From positions 204,270-268,269 of the forward strand of contig JBAYIT010000001.1 in assembly GCA_041665485.1 (NCBI GenBank): a stretch of 64,000 nt of DNA, given 5' to 3'. A program made the position numbers and the translations under genes. This document shows, piece by piece, positions 1 through 9,485 of this stretch. This DNA comes from Candidatus Shapirobacteria bacterium (GTDB taxonomy: Bacteria; Patescibacteriota; Microgenomatia; UBA12405). The notes beneath the pieces are model-generated. The model was not told the DNA's origin, did not search any database, and was given only the letters and a program-made list of their open reading frames with translations. Positions within the stretch are counted from its first letter, which is position 1; each line of letters opens with the position of its first letter.

Positions 1-809
1 AGGGGACAGTGGAAGCTAGGATCCCACCAAGACTGGAGATTAGAAAAGAGGCACTGATTGAATTACCACACATTATGGTATTAATTAACGATAAAGAGAA
101 AAATGTTATTGAAAAGACGAGAGGGGAAGAAGTGATTTACGATTTTGATTTAATGATGAACGGAGGACATGTTCGAGGGTGGAAGATTATGGATGAGAGG
201 GAGATTGAAAAAATAGCCGAGGCTTTAGAAAAATTGATTAGTAGTGATGGGTTTTTGTTTGCTATGGGAGATGGAAATCATAGCTTAGCAACAGCCAAAG
301 CCCATTGGAATAACTTAAAAACGACTCTGAGTAACCAAGAACAGGAAACTCATCCGGCAAGATTTGCGTTGGTAGAGTTGGTGAATGTGTATGATGATGG
401 TTTGGAGTTTGAACCAATACACAGGTTAGTTTATAAAGTTGAGAGTGACAAGTTAATCAAGTTTTTAGAGGGCGATGGGGAAGAAGTAGCGGTGATAATG
501 CCGGAAGGAGGAAAGAAAATCAGAATTAAAAATAGGGGAAGTAATTTGCCGGTGGGAAATTTGCAGATACTTTTGGATAAATATCTTGAGGAAAATCCGG
601 AAACAAAGATTGATTATATTCATGGCAGGGAGGCGGTGGAAAAACTGGCGAGTGAGCTTCAGGGAGTGGGATTTATTTTGCCGGGAATGGATAAGCTAGA
701 TTTATTCCCAACGGTGGAGAAAGACGGAGCCCTGCCACGAAAAACTTTTTCGATGGGTGAGGCACAAGAGAAGAGATATTACTTGGAGGCGAGGAAAATT
801 GTGCGATAA
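1..809 (+). CDS. Hypothetical protein, 5'-partial at the window edge; carries a 'GDGNHS' motif and may belong to the DUF1015 family
   Basis: ORF 9..809 stays open back to base 1 in the same frame, so the N-terminus lies outside the window. The family assignment rests on motif memory only. Confidence 0.35.
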   Translation, partial: GTVEARIPPRLEIRKEALIELPHIMVLINDKEKNVIEKTRGEEVIYDFDLMMNGGHVRGWKIMDEREIEKIAEALEKLISSDGFLFAMGDGNHSLATAKAHWNNLKTTLSNQEQETHPARFALVELVNVYDDGLEFEPIHRLVYKVESDKLIKFLEGDGEEVAVIMPEGGKKIRIKNRGSNLPVGNLQILLDKYLEENPETKIDYIHGREAVEKLASELQGVGFILPGMDKLDLFPTVEKDGALPRKTFSMGEAQEKRYYLEARKIVR

Positions 810-816
810 TGAGAGG

Positions 817-1248
817 TTATGGAGTACCTTTGGTAATATTCCAAAGAAGATAAAAGATTTGTTTTTGGGTGGTGGCGATTTGTTGATTTTTGACCTCGAC
901 GCCAAAATACTCGTGGTTAAAAATGTGGTAAAAGGCGAAAATGTCGTTATAAATATAGGTATCATGGTTGAGAGTTAGCTTGGCTTTGGGAATAAATCGG
1001 TGTTGATAAAACTTGTTAAAATAGTCCTTGTTTTTGGTAAAAGAATTGTTTTGAGTGGGGTCGTTGCTGATTTCTTTGTTAATAATTTGGCGGTTGAGAT
1101 ATTCTTGGCGTAAAAACTCGGCATATTGGAGACCAACACCTTGATTCCAATCAAGATAGCCGTAACCGACAACTTCGTTGGTGGCGGAGAGGGTGTTGTA
1201 AAGAAGTTGCTTGAGGCCATCAACCCCGCGATAATAAAGAATCTTGGT
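817..1248 (-). pseudogene. 3' (C-terminal) fragment of a trmB-family transcriptional regulator gene, separated from its 5' half by the inserted element
   Basis: A 140-codon open frame on the minus strand contains no Met codon, so the ORF track missed it. It begins right after the recombinase stop region and reads 'IQRCSPTKILYYRGVDGLKQLLYNTLSATNEVVGYGYLDWNQ…WNITKGTP*'. This resembles the C-terminal domain of TrmB-family regulators. It lines up in-frame with the N-terminal half at 8553..8909 through a shared 'ctccccc' core. Confidence 0.6.
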
Positions 1249-2782
1249 GGGGGAGCATCGTTGAATTTATTGGCTGATTTAGGAAGATGTAATACGCTTT
1301 TTTCCAGTCCAATCCGAGTTTTCCGTCTTTCCACACCAAGTTCTCACAGAAAATGTCTACCATCTCTCTTTTGTTGTGGGGTAGTGCGATCCTTAATCTT
1401 TCAGTAACGTATTTGATGTTGTCTAAAAATGCGTTCATTAGGTCGTCTAGCTCGCGTTCAATGTTTTCGCATTTAATAACAGTATTTTTTAATGACGCTT
1501 CTTTTAATTCACTATCTTTTGTTAAACTATCGTAAGCTCCTTTTGTGATCTCTCCGGAAGAAAACTTTCTTCCTATGTTAATTTGTGCTTGTTTCTCAAC
1601 AGAGATTTTTTCTCCCAACTTCCTAATTTCCGCCTTGATTTTTATTAGTTCCGGTTGATTGAGTTCAGTTACGTAACCACGACCGGCACTCCAACCCTCC
1701 TCGTCCAGTTCGATAGATCCGAATGCTTTCATCAAATCATTTTCTAAATTTGACTCTGTTACGTAGCTAGTTCGCTTGATTTCTTTACACGGAGAGTTTT
1801 TCTTTCCGCATCGATAATACGTTATACCCTTCTTGTGTGTTCCCGAAAGCCAACCTCCACATAGCCCGCATTTTATGAGTTTGTTGGAGTAAGCGTAGTC
1901 TAACAAAGTTTCTTTTGGATGTTCGTTATCAGACAATACCTCTTGGACTCGGTAAAATAATTCGGACGAGATAAGCGGCTCATATTCTCCTTTTATTCTT
2001 CCACCCTCATGATAAAAGATTCCGGTATATTGGATATCTATCAATCGATTTCGCCATGTATTTTTTGAAAACTTTCCTGTTGTTGTTTTTGAGTTATTTG
2101 ATCTTAAGCCAATATCATAAGCAAAATCGGCAATTTGTTCGAAAGTAAATTCACCAGTAGCAAACTGTTCAAAAACCCTTTTAACGAGCGGCCCGGTCAC
2201 TGAATCAACCAACCACTTTTTCTGACCTGTTGGGCCTTCTGTTTTATACCCTAAGACAGGCGGTCTTGCAGGATGCTTCATATTATTAGCTTTCGACCTC
2301 ATCCCTGCTTTAGTTCTGATTCCGGTTTCGTCACTAGATTTTTTCGACATCGCAAATTCTATTGCGACCATCAACTGATCAGATGACGAATCGGTAAACA
2401 CTTTTGACGGGGTGTAGATTCTTTTTATCAAACCACTTTGTAAAAACCACAATATCTTACCACCGTCGCCAAAGTTACGTGCCAATCGACTAATTTCAGT
2501 ACACACAATCCCATCAATTTCGCCTCTGTGATCTTCGAGAAAAGTTAACATGTCACCAAAACCATCTCGAACGTAGGCTTCATATCCTGTTTTATCATCC
2601 TTAAAGGTTTTAATAATTGGTTTTAATTGATACTGCTGTGGTGCTTTCCTTGCAAATTCTAATTGATATTCAAGCGAATTCAGTTGCTTGTGGGCTTCAC
2701 CATCCTTGTTGTCTTCCGACGATTTCCGGATATAAGCTACCACTCTATCAAACTTTTGATTATCGTCGCTTGTGGATGTCAT
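1220..2782 (-). CDS. Large serine recombinase (integrase) with an N-terminal resolvase-type catalytic domain, a recombinase domain and a Cys-rich Zn-ribbon
   Basis: The N-terminus 'VVAYIRKSSEDN…' carries the catalytic Ser and has a resolvase-like layout. The central recombinase domain is followed by 'CGLCGGW…YYRCGKK…C' (Zn ribbon) and a C-terminal coiled-coil. 520 aa. Confidence 0.8.
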   Translation of the reverse strand: MTSTSDDNQKFDRVVAYIRKSSEDNKDGEAHKQLNSLEYQLEFARKAPQQYQLKPIIKTFKDDKTGYEAYVRDGFGDMLTFLEDHRGEIDGIVCTEISRLARNFGDGGKILWFLQSGLIKRIYTPSKVFTDSSSDQLMVAIEFAMSKKSSDETGIRTKAGMRSKANNMKHPARPPVLGYKTEGPTGQKKWLVDSVTGPLVKRVFEQFATGEFTFEQIADFAYDIGLRSNNSKTTTGKFSKNTWRNRLIDIQYTGIFYHEGGRIKGEYEPLISSELFYRVQEVLSDNEHPKETLLDYAYSNKLIKCGLCGGWLSGTHKKGITYYRCGKKNSPCKEIKRTSYVTESNLENDLMKAFGSIELDEEGWSAGRGYVTELNQPELIKIKAEIRKLGEKISVEKQAQINIGRKFSSGEITKGAYDSLTKDSELKEASLKNTVIKCENIERELDDLMNAFLDNIKYVTERLRIALPHNKREMVDIFCENLVWKDGKLGLDWKKAYYIFLNQPINSTMLPHQDSLLSRG

Positions 2783-3122
2783 CGTTTACTGCTTTGTATA
2801 GCTTTCGACCAAGTAATAATAAATCTTTGGGTTTATTGACACTCCTGTCGACGAGCTTCATTACTTCTTGTAAGTCTGTCTCAACTACTCGATCCTTATG
2901 GATTTTCTCGCCTACTAATCTCTCTCTATAATAAATCCGCGCTTGTGGTTCGGTGTAAACTTTCTTGATTACTTTTACAAATCTTTTCATATCACCAAGT
3001 AGCTTGGCGATGTCAGTCTCACTCAACCCCGGATCGCGTTTTCGCAGGTAGCTTACAAACCTTTTTTGAGCCGGTGTATTGTTGTCCATATTCACGTAAC
3101 TGATTATACAATTATCGGACAC
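2760..3122 (-). CDS. Small hypothetical protein upstream of the recombinase gene, overlapping its start; possible directionality or regulatory factor
   Basis: 120-aa ORF on the same strand, overlapping the recombinase start by 23 nt (operon-like). No recognisable motif. Confidence 0.4.
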   Translation of the reverse strand: MSDNCIISYVNMDNNTPAQKRFVSYLRKRDPGLSETDIAKLLGDMKRFVKVIKKVYTEPQARIYYRERLVGEKIHKDRVVETDLQEVMKLVDRSVNKPKDLLLLGRKLYKAVNDDIHKRR

Positions 3123-3456
3123 TCGTTAATTTCCCACAAACTATTTACTTTGGTTTACTTCTTTTACAAAGGCAAAACGAGTGACATTTATTCAAGATTC
3201 AGTCCCTTAAAAAAATTTCAGAATGGCGATTTCACCCCCATCTCACCCCCATTTTACCACCAGTCTCCTGCCTGACTTTTGTTGACGAATAAAAAATCAT
3301 TTTGTCGATTTTATAACGTTTTTACTACGCTTTTTTTACCATTTGTTTGATGGAAAATTGAGTATACGAAAAATATGTAATTCTTTTTACTTTCTTTTAC
3401 CCAAATAGACAATAAAAGAGGTAGAATACGACAATAAAGATAATATAGATTTTATT

Positions 3457-6321
3457 ATGAAAAAGAATCGTTTTGAGGTAGAAAACTTCAAGTTCAAATT
3501 TTTACCAGATACTCCTCTATCTTCTACAAAAGACACTGTTATGTTTGGTCACGAGCAAGTCGCTAAAGCACTCCTCAATATCGTTGTAGGGTCAACTCCT
3601 CCTTTTACAATAGGGCTTTATGGGGGTTGGGGGTCAGGTAAGTCAACTGTCATCAATTTATTAGCAGAAGAACTGGATAACATAAACGTAAAACATGTCG
3701 TGTTTGATGTTTGGAAATATAGTGAAGATTCTCTCCGTCGCCAGTTTCTCATCGAGTCTGCAAGACAATTAGGACAAACATCCAAAGTAAAAAAACTTAC
3801 GGAAAAGTTCGTATATTCTCTTACTAAAAAAATTGAAACAATCCGGTTTACACCCAAAAAATTTATCGTAAGTATCATCCCCATTGTTTTATTCTCACTA
3901 GTTTGGAGTTGGGTAACAGGGGATATAAACCAATGGAAAAGTATCACAATTCTATGCTTAGGGGGAGCATTTATTTTTCAAAAATATCAAGACAAATTGT
4001 TGATAGTTGATGATAATGTCTTAACTAGAGATAAAATATCCCAACCGGAAGAATTCGAAAATGAATTCAAAGAGATCGTTAATGATAGTAATGAAAACAA
4101 ACTCTTGTTTATTTTTGATAATTTAGACAGGGCTCCGAGGCAAAAAGTTGTCGAACTATTAACCACAATAAAAACATTTCTAGAAATAAGGAAGTGCATA
4201 TTTCTTGTTCCTTGTGATGAAACCGCAGTAAGGAAGCACATTAGCTCTGCCCTTTTGTCAAATGACTCAAAAAAAATATCTGATCAAGATAAACAAGATT
4301 ACGCTGATGAGTTTTTGCGGAAGTTCTTTAATACAGTTGTGAGGATGCCAAAGGTCGAGTATCTAGATCTTGACGTATACACTACATCTCTGTTAAATGA
4401 TACCCAAATAGAACTTTTCAATAAAAACCCAGACTTACTCGAATTAATTACATACTCCTTTAAGAATAATCCGAGGGAGATTAAGCAATTTATTAATTCT
4501 CTGATATCGCTAATAATTATTGTTTATGAAAGATTTGATGAGAAAATAACTAAAAAATTATCCAAAAACGATATTGCATTTTTTGCAAAAGTTCTTATTC
4601 TAAAACAGAAATACCACGACATTTATACAAAGTTGGAAGAGAGCATCTTAAATGATGCCATGGATTGGACTGAAGCCGAAAAAGGAGTCTTGAGGGGAAC
4701 GTTGGAAGAGTCAATGAAGTTTTTGAAAAATACATATTACATCACTCCCGATACTCTCAATGTAGGATCATATATTACATTAAAACAGTCGAAGGAGGAG
4801 ATTTCGTTACCCGGCTGGGAACAATTTATTCAAGCGTGTTTAAGTAGAGATGTCGAATCTGCCTCTAAGTTCGTAAATTCATTCATTAAGCAAGACAAGA
4901 TTAGTATCTTTGAAAACTTTTTACTTTATTATCTAAAATCTAATAGTCAGAGACAGGCTTTAATCAGGCCAATTTCTTCAACATGTGTGAAAGTATTTTC
5001 TGATATCTTAAACACGTCTATTCCTCCTAAGGTTGCTCGTGAATTAGCACGACAGATTTCTGGCCCACTTCTTAGGCCAGACACCTACGAGGATTACCCA
5101 ATACAAAATACAATAAAAGTTGTCAAATCGGGCATTAATAAAACTCAGAACAAAGAGCTTAGTCAAGCCTACATAGGCCTTTTTAATCATGCTGATAACA
5201 ATAGCCGGCTTATACTCAAAGAAGACTATGCATTGTCCATTCTTAATCATGTTTCTACAGATATAGAGTATTTCCAATCATCAATTCGTAATGTTAAAGA
5301 TCTTTTGAAAGATAGATTAAACTCAAGAAAATATATTGAAGTGTTTATCGATAAAGATAATCTTGAAAAGTTTATTTCCAATGAAACAATAACCAACTAT
5401 ATAACAAGAAACTTTGACGCAGGAACACTCAATGACGACGATGAATTGAGAAAAAATCTTGGCCTTTTAAATACAATCGGAGAATTAGACGAAGGACAAA
5501 TAAGGTTAATAGTTGAGAAGGTTAAAGAATTAATTGCCGCAGAATCAAACAATCCACCTGATAGAAACCAGAGAGATGTTTTAATTGAGTTCTTAACAGG
5601 TTTCATTGAGAAATTCCTTGATACTATTTCTACAGCCGAAGTTGAATATGTCAGTTCAAATATCGGCGTAATTTCAACATCAGCGACAGCTTGGTATAAC
5701 AACTCTTCATGGAGCATAAAAACAAAAGTGTTTTTACTTTCTCTCATACTCCGAAAAATTGACAAAAACGATAAAAACACAACTCTAGAAAGTTCTATAA
5801 TAAAGCCGTTTATTCAAAATGCTCCATATGATGAGGCATTTTCTACTTTAGATGAAAAGGTCGTTGAGGAAATAATTTCAAAAAATTATCCAGAATATAT
5901 CAAAGGATGTATGCGGTCATATGATTTTTTTACTAAAGGTTTTAAGTATTTATCATCCGATCAAAGAGGACAAATAGCTCTATCCATGATGTCGTCAAGT
6001 TTGGAGTTCTCTGTAAATGCTATTAAGAAATCTAATTATTTGATTGGTGCATCTACTGTTAGTGTGTTAAATGAACTATTCAATCGACTTGATTCCCAAG
6101 ACGAGAACTTCAAGGCTAATGTTTTCGAAATTGCATATAAAACACATTGTGGAAAAGACCCTGCTGTGGAAGAGAGATTTTTTAATGAGTTAAAGAATGT
6201 AAAGGGAAGTGATTTTGGAGACAGGATGATAAAAAAATATGTCAAAAAGCAGGGGAGGTTGTTTAGTAAAAGTCAGAAAAGTGATTTGTTAAATGTCACG
6301 CCAATACCCGCCGCTTCCTAA
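3457..6321 (+). CDS. KAP-family P-loop NTPase, 954 aa
   Basis: Walker A 'GLYGGWGSGKST' followed by 'FDVWKY'. A hydrophobic insert sits inside the NTPase domain ('IIPIVLFSLVWSWV…ILCLGGAFIF'). Walker B 'LLFIFDNLDR'. The C-terminal region is long and weakly conserved. This architecture is typical of KAP NTPases. Confidence 0.8.
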   Translation: MKKNRFEVENFKFKFLPDTPLSSTKDTVMFGHEQVAKALLNIVVGSTPPFTIGLYGGWGSGKSTVINLLAEELDNINVKHVVFDVWKYSEDSLRRQFLIESARQLGQTSKVKKLTEKFVYSLTKKIETIRFTPKKFIVSIIPIVLFSLVWSWVTGDINQWKSITILCLGGAFIFQKYQDKLLIVDDNVLTRDKISQPEEFENEFKEIVNDSNENKLLFIFDNLDRAPRQKVVELLTTIKTFLEIRKCIFLVPCDETAVRKHISSALLSNDSKKISDQDKQDYADEFLRKFFNTVVRMPKVEYLDLDVYTTSLLNDTQIELFNKNPDLLELITYSFKNNPREIKQFINSLISLIIIVYERFDEKITKKLSKNDIAFFAKVLILKQKYHDIYTKLEESILNDAMDWTEAEKGVLRGTLEESMKFLKNTYYITPDTLNVGSYITLKQSKEEISLPGWEQFIQACLSRDVESASKFVNSFIKQDKISIFENFLLYYLKSNSQRQALIRPISSTCVKVFSDILNTSIPPKVARELARQISGPLLRPDTYEDYPIQNTIKVVKSGINKTQNKELSQAYIGLFNHADNNSRLILKEDYALSILNHVSTDIEYFQSSIRNVKDLLKDRLNSRKYIEVFIDKDNLEKFISNETITNYITRNFDAGTLNDDDELRKNLGLLNTIGELDEGQIRLIVEKVKELIAAESNNPPDRNQRDVLIEFLTGFIEKFLDTISTAEVEYVSSNIGVISTSATAWYNNSSWSIKTKVFLLSLILRKIDKNDKNTTLESSIIKPFIQNAPYDEAFSTLDEKVVEEIISKNYPEYIKGCMRSYDFFTKGFKYLSSDQRGQIALSMMSSSLEFSVNAIKKSNYLIGASTVSVLNELFNRLDSQDENFKANVFEIAYKTHCGKDPAVEERFFNELKNVKGSDFGDRMIKKYVKKQGRLFSKSQKSDLLNVTPIPAAS

Positions 6322-6344
6322 TTCTAATTGAAACGGACAGATTC

Positions 6345-6563
6345 CTAAAACGGAAATAAATCTTGGACTTTCACATTTAACGCTTTGGCTAGGCGGTATA
6401 CAGTTTTTAACGATGGTTTTCGACTACCTGCCTCAATAAATTGGATATACTTCGTACTCAACCTGACTTTTTCCGCTAGTTGATCTTGAGTAAATCCAGC
6501 CAACTTTCTATATTTTTTAATTCTTTTTCCGAGTTTTAAATCATTTTCAGTAATCATACCCAT
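6345..6563 (-). CDS. XRE-family (Cro/CI-type) helix-turn-helix transcriptional regulator
   Basis: 72 aa. 'LGKRIKKYRKLAGFTQDQLAEKVRLSTKYIQFIEAGSRKPSLKTVYRLAKAL' is the canonical HTH_XRE pattern. Confidence 0.8.
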   Translation of the reverse strand: MGMITENDLKLGKRIKKYRKLAGFTQDQLAEKVRLSTKYIQFIEAGSRKPSLKTVYRLAKALNVKVQDLFPF

Positions 6564-6574
6564 AGGGTATGGGT
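6558..6574. promoter_or_regulatory. Perfect palindrome ACCCATAgggTATGGGT overlapping the XRE start codon; candidate operator
   Basis: Inverted repeat read directly from the sequence. A second inverted repeat, AAAAACAgctTGTTTTT, lies at 6619-6635 in the same divergent intergenic region. Confidence 0.35.
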
Positions 6575-6662
6575 AATGTGATGTTGATAGAACCTACTGT
6601 GTGTATCTGTTTAGATTCAAAAACAGCTTGTTTTTACACCAACTGTCTGTTACTATTTATTT

Positions 6663-6899
6663 GTGAAAGAAGAATATGTTTGTAGGAATTGTGGTTATAT
6701 CGGTGAAGCTGATAAAAAGGTTTCAGGATCATTTTTGGTTGAGGTTTTACTTTGGTGTTTGTTTATTCTCCCCGGAATAATTTACAGTATTTCTAGGTAT
6801 GCCAAAAAAGTCTTGATTTGTCCTGAATGTGAGAAAGAAACTTTAATCCCTACTTCATCAAAAATGGGAATAAAACTCGTAAGAGACATGGGTAGGTAA
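6663..6899 (+). CDS. Small Zn-ribbon membrane protein (CxxC…CxxC with one TM helix); GTG start
   Basis: 'CRNCGY…' and 'CPECEK' flank the hydrophobic segment 'FLVEVLLWCLFILPGIIYSI'. The only in-frame start is GTG at 6663. Confidence 0.45.
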   Translation: MKEEYVCRNCGYIGEADKKVSGSFLVEVLLWCLFILPGIIYSISRYAKKVLICPECEKETLIPTSSKMGIKLVRDMGR

Positions 6900-6936
6900 T
6901 TTGGTAAAATACACTTAATCTAGACATTTAATTTCT

Positions 6937-8415
6937 ATGTTTTGGCATGATGTAACCCTAGGAACATTTGACCCGATCAATAAAGGTGTTGGATTAGATT
7001 ATCGTAATCTTTTTCATGACCCCATCTTGGTCGAAACAATTCTCGCACACGAAGGAACCCATTATGCGATTTCTGAGACAACTGAATTCGGTCAAGCTAC
7101 TCATAGCCTCTTTAAATTACAGGATTCAATAGTTAAGATTGACCCAATTGAGTATGAGAATATGTTGGGAATCATTTACAATAGCCAGATCGCAGTTCAA
7201 GAAGGTTTCGCTACTTTGATGGAATTACTAAGACGCAAATCTAAAACTTCAAAAGCAGAAACACTTAGTTGGGCTTCACAAAATTTACCACTAGAATATC
7301 AACGGTGGGTCAATCCAATGTTATTTGTACTCGATTTATCAAGTTCATATCGTGATCAATTTACAGCAAAGGTGTCTCATTTAGCTATGACCACATCAAT
7401 TAGACGAGATATTCCAAAATTAAACCTTCTTTCAGATATCAATAAATTGAGAGACTACCTTGACGAGGATGACAATAATCCAAACAAAAGACTAAACCTA
7501 CTAGTTAATACCCTAAGTTCGAGACCATGGATGTGTACAAAAGATAATAATACTTTACTTAAAGAATCAGGTTTATATGTTCGGGAATCAGTTACAAAAC
7601 CGGAAATAGCGTCATTCTTAACTTACCTTACTTCATTTACAGACAACCCATACAATTTTTCAGAAACAGACATTGGTGACCCTGTTCCTGATAGTAGAGT
7701 GTTCATAGATGCTTTTAACAATACATTTGTTGCGAATATGAATTTAGATTTCACGAAAAATGGCGTTGTTATTTATGATCATAATAAATACGTAATCGAA
7801 TCGAAAAACTTTGAGGCAATAACTGCATTTCCCAGAGAAGGTAGACCTGATTTGACAGACTACCTTAGACGAGTTTCAACAGATGAGCCTGAAGTTGATA
7901 TTATTGGTTTTACAAAAACAGGTACCAGTTTTCTCACTACTACTTCCAAGAAAAAAGCGAAAACACTTATTGAAAGTTTGGATTGTCCATTTTTTGTCAG
8001 ATATGGTGATTTTGATAATCAAAAAAATACCCTGTTTTGGATGCCAGACCTTAAGACACCAGATTTTATTGTCTATAGATATCCGGAAAACTTAAATAGA
8101 TGTTTAGGAGAAATTTTAAAAGCAAGACCAGCCCAGTCTTTTAAACATGTTCATATTGGATCATCTGAGGGGAGTCCTTTACAAACATTGATCGTAAAAT
8201 CTGAGGGTATAAAAACTTTCCATGTGGTAAACACATATGGAAATGTAAAAGTAGGGGAAATAATAAAATCAATCCAAGCACAATCAGCAATAATGAGTAA
8301 CGACGATATCAACAATCTAAAAACACCGATCAATTGTTTCTTTTCTATATGGTCGGGGATGGGATGGAAATTAGATTGGGTAGAAATACTAACTAGCCAA
8401 CAATCTGAAACTTAG
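6937..8415 (+). CDS. Hypothetical 492-aa protein with an N-terminal HExxH motif ('AHEGTHY'); possible Zn-metallopeptidase, speculatively ImmA/IrrE-like
   Basis: The HExxH motif sits near residue 38. The rest shows no recognisable similarity. Confidence 0.4.
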   Translation: MFWHDVTLGTFDPINKGVGLDYRNLFHDPILVETILAHEGTHYAISETTEFGQATHSLFKLQDSIVKIDPIEYENMLGIIYNSQIAVQEGFATLMELLRRKSKTSKAETLSWASQNLPLEYQRWVNPMLFVLDLSSSYRDQFTAKVSHLAMTTSIRRDIPKLNLLSDINKLRDYLDEDDNNPNKRLNLLVNTLSSRPWMCTKDNNTLLKESGLYVRESVTKPEIASFLTYLTSFTDNPYNFSETDIGDPVPDSRVFIDAFNNTFVANMNLDFTKNGVVIYDHNKYVIESKNFEAITAFPREGRPDLTDYLRRVSTDEPEVDIIGFTKTGTSFLTTTSKKKAKTLIESLDCPFFVRYGDFDNQKNTLFWMPDLKTPDFIVYRYPENLNRCLGEILKARPAQSFKHVHIGSSEGSPLQTLIVKSEGIKTFHVVNTYGNVKVGEIIKSIQAQSAIMSNDDINNLKTPINCFFSIWSGMGWKLDWVEILTSQQSET

Positions 8416-8552
8416 TATTCAAGTCCACTCTTGCTACTATGTTTGAGCAAAATTATGCGATAGGGGATGATTACCGAGGCAATTTACTAGAATCGAAACA
8501 TCGTACTCCGAAGCTGGAATTGGTGTAAGCAACTGTTTGATATAGTACCTTC

Positions 8553-8909
8553 TCACAGCTTCCAACCGTCGGAGGGGGAGGAACTTTCGAGTTGTTGGAG
8601 ATTGGGGAGGAGAGAGGTGAGCGATTGATGGAGAGTATTGAGTTCAATTTGTTTATTTTGAAGAACAAGTTTTAGTTTTTCTGGAGGGGAGGCGGAGTAA
8701 CGGGTGGTTTTATGGTCGAGGATTTCTTCGACGAGGCCAAGGCGGGAGAGGTGTTCAAGAAGGCGATAAAGAGTGGTGCGGTTTATTGGTAAAGAGCGGG
8801 AAAGAGAGAGGGCGGTTTGGGAGGGTGATTGGAGGAGATTAAGGTAAACTTGGGATTCTTGAGTGGTAAGCCCAAAAGCCTCTAGTTCTGATACTAAGTT
8901 GTTCATCAT
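8553..8909 (-). pseudogene. 5' (N-terminal wHTH) half of the trmB-family regulator gene disrupted by the element
   Basis: 'MMNNLVSELEAFGLTTQESQVYLNLLQSPSQTALSLSRSLPINRTTLYRLLEHLSRLGLVEEIL…' is a TrmB-type winged helix followed by a coiled-coil. The frame ends in a stop 18 nt after the 'ctccccc' junction core. The ORF-track entry 8553..9194 is an artefactual upstream extension. Confidence 0.6.
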
Positions 8910-8958
8910 TATGAACAACAGTTTAACAAATTGGAATATGGGATGTAAAGTAGGGGGT

Positions 8959-9342
8959 ATGAAAGAACAGCTTGGTGGGATTTTGAAAACTAGAAGGGAA
9001 TTGATTAAGTATGATCCATCTTGGTGGGTAGTGGCCACTAATGGTAGGGAGCATGTAGGGGAACACGATTGGGCGGTGCCAATTTCGGGTGGAGAAGAGG
9101 GTGTTTTGTTGTTCAGAGTTAATGGTGATGAATATCTTGATATGACGGTAGAAGTAGGAGAACGAAAAATGTCTATTAGAAAGGTTTGGCCCAAGAATGG
9201 TGAACTTGAATGGGAGGTTAAACTTACTATGGAGATGGCGGGTGAATTGGGCGGAGTATTGAGCGAGGTGGGAGAGTTAATGCAGAAGTTAACGATAGAT
9301 CAAAAGAGAGCGACGGCGTTATGGCCGGTGGGAATTAGATAA
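8959..9342 (+). CDS. Hypothetical protein transcribed divergently from the trmB-like gene
   Basis: ORF 8863..9342. The start was chosen at MKEQ (8959), which is preceded by 'gtaggggg'. No known motif. Confidence 0.35.
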   Translation: MKEQLGGILKTRRELIKYDPSWWVVATNGREHVGEHDWAVPISGGEEGVLLFRVNGDEYLDMTVEVGERKMSIRKVWPKNGELEWEVKLTMEMAGELGGVLSEVGELMQKLTIDQKRATALWPVGIR

Positions 9343-9448
9343 TATTCTGGCTTAAGATAGACTAAATAAAAGATAGGCTTCACTAAAGGCCCTAGGAATG
9401 AAGATAGGTGTTAGATCTTAGTTCTTAGATCTTGGATCTTAGATTAGG

Positions 9449-9479
9449 TTGACACAAATAAAACCCGAAATGGTATTAT
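9449..9479 (+). promoter_or_regulatory. Candidate sigma70-type promoter upstream of radA: TTGACA, 19-nt spacer, TGgTATTAT
   Basis: -35 at 9449-9454 and extended -10 at 9471-9479. The -10 lies only 6 nt from the radA GTG, so the transcript would be leaderless. A long spacer lowers confidence. Confidence 0.3.
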
Positions 9480-9485
9480 TAGAAT

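Larger units (their letters stand above)
1249..8580. mobile_element. Integrative element, about 7.3 kb, of serine-recombinase type, inserted into the trmB-like gene. Cargo: KAP NTPase, XRE regulator, Zn-ribbon protein, HExxH protein
   Basis: The two halves of one regulator gene flank the region. The junctions share the 7-bp core 'ctccccc' (plus strand 'gggggag' at 1249-1255 and 8574-8580). Joining the halves at this core gives a continuous frame '…ESSSP|TKILYYRG…'. The large serine recombinase gene abuts the left junction. The absence of long direct repeats fits a serine integrase. Confidence 0.6.

Noticed and set aside
975-1407. ORFs 975-1334 (minus) and 1126-1407 (plus)
   Set aside because: They are alternative frames overlapping the trmB 3' fragment and the recombinase 3' end. 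They are P-rich and low-complexity with no support.
8553-9194. Full 213-aa ORF 8553-9194 as a real gene
   Set aside because: The upstream 96 codons are low-complexity and overlap the divergent promoter region. The conserved TrmB wHTH starts at Met 8909. The gene is moreover a disrupted fragment.
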